A stretch of 64,000 bases of DNA from an uncultured Eubacteriales bacterium (GTDB taxonomy: Bacteria > Bacillota > Clostridia > Christensenellales > CAG-917), in contig URIZ01000009.1 in the NCBI GenBank assembly GCA_900548005.1, positions 2,130 through 66,129 on the forward strand, given 5' to 3'. The position numbers were made by a program, and so were the translations under genes. The stretch's first letter is position 1. Each line of letters begins with the position of its first letter. The notes below the pieces were generated by a model. The model searched no databases. It saw only the letters and a program-made list of their open reading frames with translations, and was not told where the DNA came from. Below are positions 18,923-29,319 of the stretch, piece by piece.

Positions 18923-20554
18923 TTATTTTTTCTCAAATCTTGACGGATCGTCGCATTTTACGACCGTTTGGAACACTTTGTCGAAACGACGGAGTGCTTC
19001 GTCAATGATTTCGTCGGTGTCCGCCATGGACGTGTAAAGACGGCTGCCTGCAAGCGTCACGATGCCGTTTGCCATATACGCCGCGCCCATTTGCTCCATA
19101 GCCACCTTTCTTCTGAGCATCTCGGGTTTCTTCTTGAGCATGGGGATGACCGAGCCGAGCAAGCACATATTGCTGAAATCGAAACTCATCGCGCCAGTAC
19201 ATTCAAGGTGAACGATGCTGCCTTGGTTGTAGACAACGTAGGGCAAATTGTATTTTTTGACGAGTTGTTTGAGTCCTGCCGCAAGACGATCGCCCGCCTT
19301 GCCTGCCACTTCGCAAGCGTTGTTTTTCTCTATTTCGCAAATCGCAAGATATCCTGCATACGAGCTGAGCGGGTTTGCAGCGAGCGTGCCGCCCACGTAC
19401 GCCTTCTTGCCCATGCCTGCAACGCCTGCCGCCATCAAGGACACGTATTCGCGCTTGCCGCCCACGCCGCCTGCCGACGGATAGCCGCCTGCGACAATCT
19501 TGCCAAAGACGGTGAGATCGGGATACATATCTCTGCCCGTGCCTTGACGTTTGAATTTGACCACTTTGCCGTTTTCCACTTTCTTGTCGTCCACAATCCA
19601 CGGCTTGCCGTTGATAAACACGGGAGTGTCGTCCACTTTGTAGCCGTAGTTTTCTTCAAAGAAGTAGCCTGCCGCGCCGTGTACGCCCACTCTGAAGCCG
19701 GTGACGACTTCGTCAAAGATGAACAACGCGCCGTATTTCTTGGCAAGAATTCTCGCTTTGAGATTGTAGTCCATATCGATGGGACGAGTGCCCGATTCGG
19801 GTCCGACAGGTTCAACGATGACCGCTGCCGTGCCGCCGCGCATCTTGTTTTTGCGGAGCATCTCTTCAAGCATCTTGATGTCGTTGGGGCGCACTTCGTC
19901 CGTCTTGCCGTACGAGCCGGGGATGCCGTGCGATTCAAGGAATTGACGGCTGCCGGGGATCTTCAAGCCATACACCATTTGATCTGACCAGCCGTGGTAT
20001 GCGCCGCCCACTTTGATGACGCGTTTGTGCTTGGTTGCGCAGCGCGCCACGCGGATTGCCGCCATGACGGATTCCGTGCCCGAACCGAGCATACGGAACA
20101 TCTCGCAAGCAGGCATCAATTCGCTTATCTTCTTTGCAAGCAGCAGTTCTCCTTCGTGGAAAAGTCCCGTCACGGGTCCGCAGTTGTTGAGAAGCTCAAA
20201 CACCTTTTCTCTGACAGGCTCGAAGTTGCTGCCCAGAATGGTCGGGCCGCCTGCTTGAAGGAAGTCTATGTATTGATTGCCGTCACGATCGTAAAGATAC
20301 GCGCCGGACGCTTTTTCCATGCACATGGGGAAGGGATAGTTGAAAGCAAGATTGTGTTGCACTCCGCCGGGGATATACTTCTTTGCCTCAGTGGTGATCT
20401 CTTTGGATTTTGCGCACTTTGTGTTGAAGTGCTCCAAGATTTGTTTGAGTGCGTCTTCCGATACGCAATAGATCGGTTGACTTGTCAATTCTTTAAGTTC
20501 CGCATTGATTTTGTTTGCGTCTTCCCATTTGGAAATGCCGTAGCCGTTTGCCAT
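18923..20554 (-). CDS. class III (GSA-aminomutase-like) PLP aminotransferase with an internal insertion
   Basis: GSGTESVMAAIRVAR, GGAYHGW, FDEVVTGFR and DLTVFGKIVAGGYP (PLP lysine). An extra ~45 aa precede the lysine motif. Confidence 0.85.
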   Translation of the reverse strand: MANGYGISKWEDANKINAELKELTSQPIYCVSEDALKQILEHFNTKCAKSKEITTEAKKYIPGGVQHNLAFNYPFPMCMEKASGAYLYDRDGNQYIDFLQAGGPTILGSNFEPVREKVFELLNNCGPVTGLFHEGELLLAKKISELMPACEMFRMLGSGTESVMAAIRVARCATKHKRVIKVGGAYHGWSDQMVYGLKIPGSRQFLESHGIPGSYGKTDEVRPNDIKMLEEMLRKNKMRGGTAAVIVEPVGPESGTRPIDMDYNLKARILAKKYGALFIFDEVVTGFRVGVHGAAGYFFEENYGYKVDDTPVFINGKPWIVDDKKVENGKVVKFKRQGTGRDMYPDLTVFGKIVAGGYPSAGGVGGKREYVSLMAAGVAGMGKKAYVGGTLAANPLSSYAGYLAICEIEKNNACEVAGKAGDRLAAGLKQLVKKYNLPYVVYNQGSIVHLECTGAMSFDFSNMCLLGSVIPMLKKKPEMLRRKVAMEQMGAAYMANGIVTLAGSRLYTSMADTDEIIDEALRRFDKVFQTVVKCDDPSRFEKK

Positions 20555-20833
20555 AATTCGCCTCCTATTTTGTGATTTTATATCTGATTTATATAAAATT
20601 CAATCACACTATAATTATACCATAATTGCGCGCGTTGTAAATATCCAATTCGGCAAAGAAAACTATACAAATCGCCGAGATTGTCCTATACGAAACACAA
20701 ATCGCCGCCCATGTTCTCTACTCTCTCGCCGCTTTTACGCAGTTTTTGTCATACGTTTGTATATTATATCACACAAAAACGCAAAAATATTACCAAAAAC
20801 GGCATCGATCGCCGACAAATATAAAAAAAGGTA

Positions 20834-20862
20834 TTGCATTGAGTGCTTTTTTCCTTTATAAT
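20834..20862 (+). promoter_or_regulatory. sigma-A type promoter of the HU gene
   Basis: TTGCAT, 17-nt spacer, TATAAT. AAGGAGG RBS lies downstream. Confidence 0.6.
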
Positions 20863-20890
20863 GGGTGCATAACCTTAAGGAGGTTCATGT

Positions 20891-21163
20891 ATGAACAAAA
20901 CAGAGTTTATCAAAGCAGTAGCAGCAAAAGCTGACCTTTCTATCAAAGACGCAACCGCAGCAGTGGACGCATACGCACAAGTTATCGCAGAAGCATTGAA
21001 AGCAGGTGACAAGGTTGCAATCGCAAACTTCGCATCTTACGAAATCAAAGAAAAAGCAGAAAGACAAGGTTTCAACCCCCTCACCAAGCAACCCATCACG
21101 ATTGCGGCAAGCAAAGCGCCGGTTGTCAAATTCGGCAAAGCGTTCAAGGACCTTTTCAACTAA
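20891..21163 (+). CDS. hup: HU family DNA-binding protein
   Basis: 90 aa; MNKTEFI..., GDKVAIANFASYEIKEKAERQGFNP matches the HU/IHF fold signature. Confidence 0.92.
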   Translation: MNKTEFIKAVAAKADLSIKDATAAVDAYAQVIAEALKAGDKVAIANFASYEIKEKAERQGFNPLTKQPITIAASKAPVVKFGKAFKDLFN

Positions 21164-21191
21164 TACTTTGATAATAAGAACAATAAAAATT

Positions 21192-21219
21192 CCATCGGTC
21201 TCGACCGATGGTTTTTTTT
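21192..21219 (+). terminator. intrinsic terminator of the HU gene
   Basis: CCATCGGT-CTCG-ACCGATGG followed by eight T. Confidence 0.8.
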
Positions 21220-21833
21220 ATGAACAAAAGCAAGGAATAGCCCCTTGAACAGCAACCCTAATGTACTATGCGTGCATTTGTAAAAAATGCGATAAATCGA
21301 TGCATAACGCGAAAGCACCCCGAGAATGACAACCCTAATGTACTTACGTACATGAGTTGGCAGGCTCGGAGTACTTGCGTAATTAACTTTTCTCTCTCGT
21401 AAAAACGAAATAAATAGATAAAGAACAAGGAAACACCCATCCGAAACAAAACCCAACGTACTATGCGTACGTGATTTTGGAGCGGTTATTTGCTCACTAT
21501 CACACTTTCTCTCTCGTAAAAATGCAATATTGAGATGAAGAGCAAGGAAAAGCCCCTTGAACAGCAACCCTAATGTGCTGTATGCATTTGTAAAAAATGC
21601 GATAAATCGATGCATAACGCGAAAGCACCCCGAGAATGACAACCCTAATGTACTTGCGTACATGAGTTGGCAGGCTCGGAGTACTTGCGTAAGTAACTTT
21701 ACTCTCTCGTAAAAATGCAATATTGAGATGAAGAGCAAGGAAAAGCCCCTTGAACAGCAACCCTAATGTACTATGCGTACATGAGTTGATGGACAAGGGG
21801 CTTTGACAAAGCTATTCGCTCAATAGTGCATTT
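21219..21833 (-). repeat. six-unit array of the stop-codon-abutting hairpin element (two subtypes)
   Basis: Units at about 21219-21280, 21281-21398, 21399-21516, 21517-21590, 21591-21708 and 21709-21833. All share the CAACCCTAATGTAC-N-GTACATGAGTTG or AAAACCCAACGTAC-N-GTACGTGATTTTGG core. Confidence 0.8.
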
Positions 21834-24671
21834 TTACTCGGAGCGGAGAGCAATCGCCGGATCCTTCTTCGCCGCAATCCTTGACGGTATAAAACCTGCA
21901 AACATGCTAAGAAGGATGCTGATGGCAAACATGATAAGGCATTGCCACCAAGAGATAGACATAAGTCCGCTGATTTTGAAGATGGTCTTCAAGATTGCGC
22001 TGATGGCAAAGGAGAAACCAACAGAAATGACGATGCCGATAAGTCCGGAATAGCCGCCGAGAATGGCGGATTCGGCAAGGAAGACTCGGGATATATCCTT
22101 CTTTCTTGCACCGATCGAGCGGAGCACGCCGATTTCTTTTCTACGTTCAAGCACGGACGTGTAGATGATGATTGCAATCATTATGGTGGACACAATCAGC
22201 GAGATTGCCGCAAACGCAACAAGCACGCCTGTTATGGTGTTGACCATGGTGTTGACAAACTTCATAATGGTGGACAAGTTGTCGCCATAGCTGACGCTTG
22301 AACCGGTGTCTTTGTTGTATTGATTGATGAATGCGACAATCTTCTCTTTCGCCTCGAAGGACGAGCAGTAGAACTCAATGGACACAGGCTCTTCGAGATT
22401 TGCAACGCCGAGCTTTCTCATGATGGTGAGATCTTCGTTTTTGTTGTCTGCAAAGCTGATTTTGTTGCCTGCAAGCACCTTGATTTGCGTTCCGTTGTTG
22501 GTGGAATAATCAAAGTTGATGGGGCTGAGGTAGTAGTCGTAGTTGTCGTTGTCCGCCGCTTCTTTGAGAGCGTTCATTCTCACAACAGCCTCGTGCTTGC
22601 TTGCGCGCTCGATCAAAAGTTGCGTGAGCGCGGGCGTATAGCCCAGAACACCGTTGATTGACGTGACGGTCACGCCTGCTTTCGGACGAATGACGCCGAC
22701 CACTTTGACGGTGACGGGATCTCTCGAATCAATCCAGCTCTTGTTTTGTTCCGCATGATTGCGCCCCGTCCAAGTCTTGTCTTTCACGCCGTCGCCGTCC
22801 GTGTCAACCCACTTGTCCTCGGAGTCTTGTTCAAGATAATCGGCGTCCGAAATGACCTTGTATTCAAGCCCCAACAGCTCTTCTACGGACGTTTTGTAGT
22901 TTGCCCATTTCTTGTCTATGAGAGCTTTTATCACATCGTCTTGCGATTGAAGACCGAGCATGAAGAGTTGATAGTCAAGAAGTTGGTTGCTCTTGTCAAC
23001 AACAACCACCGTTTCGGTTGCGCTTGACGGCCAACGCGAGTTTTCACCCACAAGTTCGTATTGAGATTCGAGTAGCTTTTGGTTTGAGGACATCTCTGCC
23101 CATGAATTCATCATCGAACCGCCGTTTCTTGAGAACATGTTGAGCATATCGTTGAGCGACGAGCCGCCGATATCCATATTTTTTATATCGTCCGGCAACA
23201 CGTCAAGCACCGCATTCATTGTGTCGGCATAGGGGCTGACCTTCATATAGCGTTCCGCTGCCTTTTTTGCCTCTTCCAAAGTCGCTTCGGGATGTTCTTT
23301 CATATATTCGGCGACAATCTTGCTGTTGTTCGGGTCTTCCTTGAACGCATTGAAACTTACGCCGTAATTGTATTTGACAGTCGCAAGCGAGTCGTCAAAT
23401 TTTTCATCGATATACTTTTTGAGCTTGACAAGATCGTTTTCCGCAAGCAGCGTTCCGAGCTGATCAACCACTTTGCCGAGCATTTGTGCGGTGTAGATCT
23501 CATTGGTGTCGGGGTTTTCGGGTCTATCCGTCTCATTGTTCATCAACATGCCCAAAATTGCCGACGGATCGGTGTTTGTCTTGCTTATGGTCAGCGGATA
23601 GGTTGACAACGCGCTCTCTTCAAGCCCTCTGACATATCCCGCCGCGCCGTTTGAAAGGGACAGAACGAGAATTATGCCGATTATGCCGATTGAGCCCGCA
23701 ATGGACGTGAGCAGCGTGCGACCTTTCTTTGCGAGCAAGTTGTTCCAAGACAGATTGATTGCCATTGACAACTTCATCGCGCATTTGTCCGCTTTCTTAT
23801 ATTTTTTGAAACGCTCGCACAGCGTTTTTCTCTTTTTCTTGGGTTCTTCGGTCTTCTTTTCGACAATCTCGACGATTTCGTCTTGGGACAGCTCGCCCGC
23901 AACGTTGTCTCTTTCGATGTCTTCCACCGCTTCTTCCACAACGTCTTCGCCAAGTCTGTCTTCAAGTTCTTGAATCTCGTCCTTGGAATTGTACGGCATG
24001 GAATCACCCACAACTTCGCCGTCTTTCAAGTACACGATACGTGTGCTATACTCTTCTGCAAGTGAGGGGTTGTGCGTGACCATAATGACAAGCCTGTCTT
24101 GCGCCACTTCTTTGAGCAGATCCATGACTTGAATGCCCGATTCGCTGTCCAACGCGCCGGTGGGTTCGTCGGCAAGGATGATCTCGGGATTGTTGACAAG
24201 CGCACGCGCAATTGCCACTCTTTGCATTTGTCCGCCGGAAAGTTGGTTGGGCTTTTTGTTGGCTTGAGATGCAAGCCCCACCTTGTCAAGAGCCTCGAGC
24301 GCGCGACGCTTGATCTCTTCCTTCTCAACGCCGGCAAGAGTCAGGCTCATTGCCACGTTCTTGAGAATGTTCATGTGCGGAATAAGATTGTAGGATTGAA
24401 AAACAAAACCGATACGGCGGTTTCTATAAGTGTCCCAATCAACGTCGTCGTATGCCTTGGTGGACACACCGTCGATTTGGATGTCGCCGTTGGTGTAGCG
24501 GTCAAGACCGCCTATAATGTTGAGAAGCGTCGTCTTTCCGCACCCGGAAGGGCCGAGAATAGAGACGAATTCGTTCTTTCTGAACTCTATGGAAACGTTG
24601 TTTAACGCAAGGACTTTTTCTTCATCCTTGTCGATGACGTACTCTTTGGTTATATCTATAAGTTTAAGCAT
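21834..24671 (-). CDS. fused ABC transporter ATP-binding / FtsX-family permease (MacB-type)
   Basis: 945 aa. N-terminal ATPase ([35 protein letters not shown]), acidic linker, TM, large extracytoplasmic domain, C-terminal FtsX 3-TM bundle. Confidence 0.85.
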   Translation of the reverse strand: MLKLIDITKEYVIDKDEEKVLALNNVSIEFRKNEFVSILGPSGCGKTTLLNIIGGLDRYTNGDIQIDGVSTKAYDDVDWDTYRNRRIGFVFQSYNLIPHMNILKNVAMSLTLAGVEKEEIKRRALEALDKVGLASQANKKPNQLSGGQMQRVAIARALVNNPEIILADEPTGALDSESGIQVMDLLKEVAQDRLVIMVTHNPSLAEEYSTRIVYLKDGEVVGDSMPYNSKDEIQELEDRLGEDVVEEAVEDIERDNVAGELSQDEIVEIVEKKTEEPKKKRKTLCERFKKYKKADKCAMKLSMAINLSWNNLLAKKGRTLLTSIAGSIGIIGIILVLSLSNGAAGYVRGLEESALSTYPLTISKTNTDPSAILGMLMNNETDRPENPDTNEIYTAQMLGKVVDQLGTLLAENDLVKLKKYIDEKFDDSLATVKYNYGVSFNAFKEDPNNSKIVAEYMKEHPEATLEEAKKAAERYMKVSPYADTMNAVLDVLPDDIKNMDIGGSSLNDMLNMFSRNGGSMMNSWAEMSSNQKLLESQYELVGENSRWPSSATETVVVVDKSNQLLDYQLFMLGLQSQDDVIKALIDKKWANYKTSVEELLGLEYKVISDADYLEQDSEDKWVDTDGDGVKDKTWTGRNHAEQNKSWIDSRDPVTVKVVGVIRPKAGVTVTSINGVLGYTPALTQLLIERASKHEAVVRMNALKEAADNDNYDYYLSPINFDYSTNNGTQIKVLAGNKISFADNKNEDLTIMRKLGVANLEEPVSIEFYCSSFEAKEKIVAFINQYNKDTGSSVSYGDNLSTIMKFVNTMVNTITGVLVAFAAISLIVSTIMIAIIIYTSVLERRKEIGVLRSIGARKKDISRVFLAESAILGGYSGLIGIVISVGFSFAISAILKTIFKISGLMSISWWQCLIMFAISILLSMFAGFIPSRIAAKKDPAIALRSE

Positions 24672-25526
24672 AATGCTCCATATTCAATATATTTGTGGAT
24701 TTGGCGCGCATTGATCCTTCGGCGAACTCTGCCATACAAGCACCCGCGGCAAGTCTCGAAAAGATGCAAACTCCCAGCCGAATATCTTCATTTTGCAAGC
24801 GTATGAGAGCCAAAAACACTCAAAAAATCATACGAAAAAGAGACTCACTTTATCAATACTTATTGATATTTTATCATACTTTTTATAAAAAAGATAGTAC
24901 TTTCTCAAAAAAATCTACAAAACGGGCAATCTGTCGTTTTTCTTAAAAGCGAAAAATCGTGAAATTATTTTCAAACCCCACTGTTTAGTGGCAAGAAAAG
25001 AAAAATCTCGTCAATCACGCAAAAGAATATCCCACAAATTTACAATTTAACTTTTTTAAGTATTCTAAACTCATTTTCCCTTGTCGAAGCCGTCATTCTT
25101 CATGATCGATTGCCCTTGTTTGCGTGAAAATCCATCCCATTCAAACACGCCCGATTTTCACATATCCCATCCAAAACAACCATAACCGCGCTTTCACACA
25201 AAAGCAGCACAAAGCCGAGTCGCAACACGATTTGTGTTTTATAAACAATAATCAAAACACAGGAATGAAGTTATATAACACCTATCGTGTTTTACCACAT
25301 TTTCTTTATTAGACATCGATTATATGCAAAACACGACACTTATCGTGTTTTGCACTGTCGTATATTGTCGATTTTTAGTCAATTTTGGCATTATACACAC
25401 TTTTCGTGTTTTTGTCACGGCAAGTTTATCTTTTCACCAAAGTAGTTTTGCCGTTTTCGGCAACCGGTTTGCGACAAACAGATTTGTTTACTATTGATGT
25501 TTATACTTTGAAAAGTGTTTGAAAAG

Positions 25527-26231
25527 TTATTTGAGAACTTGTTTTTGAATCCTAAGGGATTTCAAATAGTTTTTCTTATCATCGGATATTCTAAAACTTT
25601 CAACGGCTTTTTGTATGCTCTTGTTGTGCACCCACACGCCGAGCCTTTTTTGCTCGATCACCTTGATTGCATCATCCCATTGTTTGACAAGCGCAACGCT
25701 CATATACCAAGCAAGTGCCATATCCACGTAATACTCGCCGCCTTTCACGTCAAGCACTTTTTCCATTTTGTCAACCGAATAGTCTTCGTCAAGAAAATGG
25801 CGCATTGCATTGACTATGCCGTAGCGCACGATATACGGTTTTTCGGATTTGAGCCACCTTTCAATCTCAACCCACAATGCCGCCTTGTTTTTGGCAAACG
25901 CTTTTGGCGAAAAGGTGTCGCACACAGCCCAATTGTCAACGTAAGGCAAAAATGCGTTTGTCTTGTCCATTGCAACGCAAAAATCTTTCTCGATAGACAC
26001 GAGCATTGCGTGCAACATATTTTCTTCATAATACTTGTACGGAAGCTCGCTCAAAAAGTCTTGCTTTTCAGACGGTGAAAACCATGTGTCAAAATTTTTT
26101 GCAATCGTTCGCAAAACAGGCACTCTCACGCCGATGATAAAATCCTTGTCCACGGTGGGCATCAGCGCGGCTTGAAAAAGTCTGTATTTTTCATCGGCAT
26201 TGTCAAAAAGCAAATCGACAACTTTTTTCAT
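25527..26231 (-). CDS. DNA alkylation repair (AlkD-like HEAT-repeat) protein
   Basis: ALMPTVDKDFIIGVRVPVLR, YYEENMLHA and PYVDNWAVCD motifs as recalled for the DNA_alkylation family. Start set at ATG 26231, preceded by AAGGTG. Confidence 0.7.
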   Translation of the reverse strand: MKKVVDLLFDNADEKYRLFQAALMPTVDKDFIIGVRVPVLRTIAKNFDTWFSPSEKQDFLSELPYKYYEENMLHAMLVSIEKDFCVAMDKTNAFLPYVDNWAVCDTFSPKAFAKNKAALWVEIERWLKSEKPYIVRYGIVNAMRHFLDEDYSVDKMEKVLDVKGGEYYVDMALAWYMSVALVKQWDDAIKVIEQKRLGVWVHNKSIQKAVESFRISDDKKNYLKSLRIQKQVLK

Positions 26232-26324
26232 AATGCATTTCACCTTCATTGCATTTCAAATCGATTGTTTCAAGCACATTGGTTATGTTGATTTTTCAAT
26301 TTGATTTTGTAGCTCATTGGCTTT

Positions 26325-26783
26325 TTATTTCAAGTCGGTTGCAACGATATGTTCAACAAGCGCATTGCAGCCTTCCACAATGTCGTCATAAGTCACGTCA
26401 AAGTTGCCCGTCCACCACGGATCTGCAATATCTCTCGGATTCGACGAAAAATCGAGCAAGCGACTTATCGGCGCGTCACCAGCGAGTATTCTGCGCATCG
26501 CAACGAGATTTCTCTCTTCCATGCCGACAAAATAATCATAGCAATTTATATCTTGCGCGCAAAGTTTTCTTGCGTGGTGATTTAGCACCGGCACGTGTTT
26601 TTCAACAAGTTTTCTCACGGCAGGCGGATATATGGGATTGCCGATTTCTTCTGACGAAGTTGCGCTTGACGCCACGCATATCTTGTCTTGTAGACCGCGC
26701 TTTGCGACAATGTCGCTCATCACGCACTCCGCCATGGGCGAGCGGCAAATGTTTCCGAGGCACACAAACATAACTCTTATCAT
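26325..26783 (-). CDS. low-molecular-weight protein-tyrosine phosphatase
   Basis: VCLGNICRSPMAE P-loop at the N-terminus and DPWW near the C-terminus. Start at ATG 26783. Confidence 0.85.
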   Translation of the reverse strand: MIRVMFVCLGNICRSPMAECVMSDIVAKRGLQDKICVASSATSSEEIGNPIYPPAVRKLVEKHVPVLNHHARKLCAQDINCYDYFVGMEERNLVAMRRILAGDAPISRLLDFSSNPRDIADPWWTGNFDVTYDDIVEGCNALVEHIVATDLK

Positions 26784-26784
26784 G

Positions 26785-27228
26785 TCAGCACTCAAAGACG
26801 AAAGACAAAGGTCCGTCTTGCTCCTGCTCGATATACATGTGCGCGCCAAAGACTCCATTTTTGACCACGATGCCTTGCTCTCTGATTTTTTCCGTCACGC
26901 GAAGATACAATTCTCTTGCTCTGTCGGGCAGTTCCGCATGTCCGAAGTCGGGGCGATTGCCCGTGCCTTTGCCAAGCGTGCCCGCAAGCGAAAACTGCGA
27001 CACAAGCAAGATTTCGCCGCCTGCTTGAGTTATGTCAAGATTCATCTTGTCGTTGTCGTCGCGAAAGATACGTAGTTTTGCAATTTTCTTTGCAAGATAG
27101 TCTGCCTGCTCTTCGGTGTCGCCCTTTTGTATGCCCAAAAAGATTGTAAGTCCGCTTGGAATCTCGCTTATCAACTGTCCGTCCACAAACAGTTTGGATC
27201 TGAACGTGCGTTGTATCAATGCTCGCAT
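26785..27228 (-). CDS. dtd: D-aminoacyl-tRNA deacylase
   Basis: 147 aa; MRALIQR..., LVSQFSL and GNRPDF motifs. Confidence 0.9.
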   Translation of the reverse strand: MRALIQRTFRSKLFVDGQLISEIPSGLTIFLGIQKGDTEEQADYLAKKIAKLRIFRDDNDKMNLDITQAGGEILLVSQFSLAGTLGKGTGNRPDFGHAELPDRARELYLRVTEKIREQGIVVKNGVFGAHMYIEQEQDGPLSFVFEC

Positions 27229-27353
27229 ATTATTCTCCGTATCAATGTTTTATCCACACAAAATCGCACGATAAACCGCCGATTTGCGCAATATATGTAA
27301 ATTTGTAATTTTTACTATGTTTTGTTTTTTTGCTCTTGCAAAAGCCGCTTGGT

Positions 27354-28514
27354 TCACCGAGTTTGACCGTCTTTCTTTGGCGGTGGAGATGCAAGATATT
27401 GATAAAAATTACATTCAAGCTCGCTGTTGTAGAGCTTTCTCACCTTGTCGGCACACCGTCCGAAATACTTCTCAAAAGCACGATAAGACGTGATGGCATA
27501 CACGCACCACTCGTCAAGTTTTGCAGTGACTTTGCCAAAATCTCGATACAGGGCTTTGAGCTCGTCTTCTTTCATAAGCCGCTCGCCATACGGCGGATTG
27601 GTGATTATCACTCCGTGCGCATACTTTGAAGACAAATCTCGCATGTCTTGCACTTGAAAGTGGATATTGTCTTTCACGCCCGCGCGCTCTGCGTGTTTGA
27701 AGGCAAGTTTGATTGCGTCCTTGTTGATGTCAAAGCCGCTTATGTGCAACTGTCTGTCACGCTTTATGCGTTGCAAGGCTTCTTCTTGCACCTTTTCACG
27801 CACTTTCGGAGCGTTGGCAAACTGCTCGCAAGCAAAATTTCTGTTCATACCGGGCGCAATATCGAGCCCGATAAGGCTTGCCTCGACAGGTATAGTGCCC
27901 GAGCCGCAAAACGGATCTATGAGCGGCCTGTCGGGATTCCAAACCGACAGCTGAATCATAGCGGCGGCAAGAGTTTCACGAATGGGCGCATCACCGAGAT
28001 ACGTGCGATATCCGCGCTTGTGCAATCCTTCACCGGACGTATCGAGCGTCACGGTCACAACGTCGTCCATAATGGCGGCTTCTATGCAATACGCCGCGCC
28101 CGACTCGTTGAACGAGCAATTGTACACGGTGGACAATTTGGAAATTATCGCCTTTTTCACAATGCTTTGCACTGCGCTGAGCGCAAACAACTTGCTCTTG
28201 ACGCTCTTTGCATCCACCACGATTTTTGCGTCTTTTGTCAGCACGTCTTGCCAACGCATTGCAAAAACGCCGTCAAACAACTCGTCAAAAGTCTGCGCCT
28301 TGAACTTGGAAAGCTCGATGCGCACGCGGTTTGCGCTACGCAAAAAAACGTTTGCGCGCAACACGTCTTCAAACGTCCCTTCAAACTCGATTCTGCCGAG
28401 ATTTGCGCCGCTCGGCTCATAGCCCAAGCGCAAAAGCTCTCTCTTGACAACGGCTTCTATGCCGCTTGCCACGGCAACTTCGATATTAAGTTTTCCGTCA
28501 AATATACTGTCCAT
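27354..28514 (-). CDS. THUMP-domain class I SAM-dependent RNA methyltransferase (RlmL/YpsC-like)
   Basis: N-terminal THUMP-like region, DPFCGSGTI SAM motif and ITNPPYGERL catalytic motif. Confidence 0.8.
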   Translation of the reverse strand: MDSIFDGKLNIEVAVASGIEAVVKRELLRLGYEPSGANLGRIEFEGTFEDVLRANVFLRSANRVRIELSKFKAQTFDELFDGVFAMRWQDVLTKDAKIVVDAKSVKSKLFALSAVQSIVKKAIISKLSTVYNCSFNESGAAYCIEAAIMDDVVTVTLDTSGEGLHKRGYRTYLGDAPIRETLAAAMIQLSVWNPDRPLIDPFCGSGTIPVEASLIGLDIAPGMNRNFACEQFANAPKVREKVQEEALQRIKRDRQLHISGFDINKDAIKLAFKHAERAGVKDNIHFQVQDMRDLSSKYAHGVIITNPPYGERLMKEDELKALYRDFGKVTAKLDEWCVYAITSYRAFEKYFGRCADKVRKLYNSELECNFYQYLASPPPKKDGQTR

Positions 28515-28620
28515 AAAATTCTATATTGCAAGTTTACGCTTGCATTTTGCATATATAAAGTGTCGATTGTATCATTTTGTCAATTTCAACACCCGTTGCC
28601 AAATCTCAAAACATTGAGTT

Positions 28621-29319
28621 TCATTTGCCGATTATGTCGCGTATCACTTCGCCTGCAAGAGTCATGCCTGCAATTGCCGGCGCATAGCTGATGCTGCCGG
28701 GGATATGCCTTCCGTTTTGGCACGGCGTATCGCTCGGAACAATCGGTTCTTCTTTGGAATAGACAACCTTCAAAGATTTCACTCCGCGCTTTTTCAATTC
28801 TCGGCGCATGACCTTTGCAAGCGGACAAACGCTTGTCTTGAACACGTCCGCCACTTCAAAATCCGTCCCGAGCTTGTTGCCCGTGCCCATGCACGAAATT
28901 ATATCAACACCAAGAGATTTTGCTCTCGATATAAGCTCCAACTTTGCGCTGACGGTGTCGATTGCATCCACAACGTAGTCAAACTCGCCGATGTTCACTT
29001 TGTCCGCAGTATCGGCACTGTAAAACAAATTGTACTCGATTGTGTTGCAACAAGGATTGATCGCCTTGATGCGCTCGATTGCCACCTTGGTCTTCTCTTT
29101 GCCGATAGTATCTTGCGTGGCAAGGATTTGCCTGTTGAGATTGCTCACGGAAAACACGTCGTTGTCAAGCACGGCGATCGTGCCTATACCCGCCCTTGCA
29201 AGCCCTTCCACGACGTATCCGCCAACGCCGCCCACGCCACACACAAGCACGCGCGCGCCTTTGAGCGCGTCAACCTTGTCGCCTATGAGCATTTGAGTTC
29301 TTGAAAACATATCTTCCAT
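28621..29319 (-). CDS. tcdA: tRNA threonylcarbamoyladenosine dehydratase (ThiF/E1-like)
   Basis: VCGVGGVGGYVVEGLARAGIG..LDNDVFSVSNLNRQ. Confidence 0.8.
   Translation of the reverse strand: MEDMFSRTQMLIGDKVDALKGARVLVCGVGGVGGYVVEGLARAGIGTIAVLDNDVFSVSNLNRQILATQDTIGKEKTKVAIERIKAINPCCNTIEYNLFYSADTADKVNIGEFDYVVDAIDTVSAKLELISRAKSLGVDIISCMGTGNKLGTDFEVADVFKTSVCPLAKVMRRELKKRGVKSLKVVYSKEEPIVPSDTPCQNGRHIPGSISYAPAIAGMTLAGEVIRDIIGK

Noticed and set aside
21160-21796. Minus-strand ORFs (192, 63 and 98 aa) running through the repeat array
   Set aside because: Their sequences are reiterated translations of the DNA repeat (HSTLGLLFKGLFLALHLNIAFLRE...). They lack RBSs and change frame between units, so they are artefacts of stop-poor repeats.
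21219-21833. CRISPR array interpretation of the 21-kb repeats
   Set aside because: There is no short constant repeat alternating with unique spacers. The units are 60-125 nt, internally palindromic and homologous along their whole length. No cas genes are nearby.
21219-21833. Integron attC sites / gene cassettes
   Set aside because: The CAAC...GTTG ends only loosely resemble RYYYAAC/GTTRRRY. Copies are dispersed behind housekeeping genes, and no intI integrase or attI is present in the window.
25124-25312. 62-aa ORF in the long intergenic region
   Set aside because: It has no RBS and a low-complexity H/N/Q/T-rich sequence, and it overlaps the palindromic repeat sites. It is more likely non-coding.
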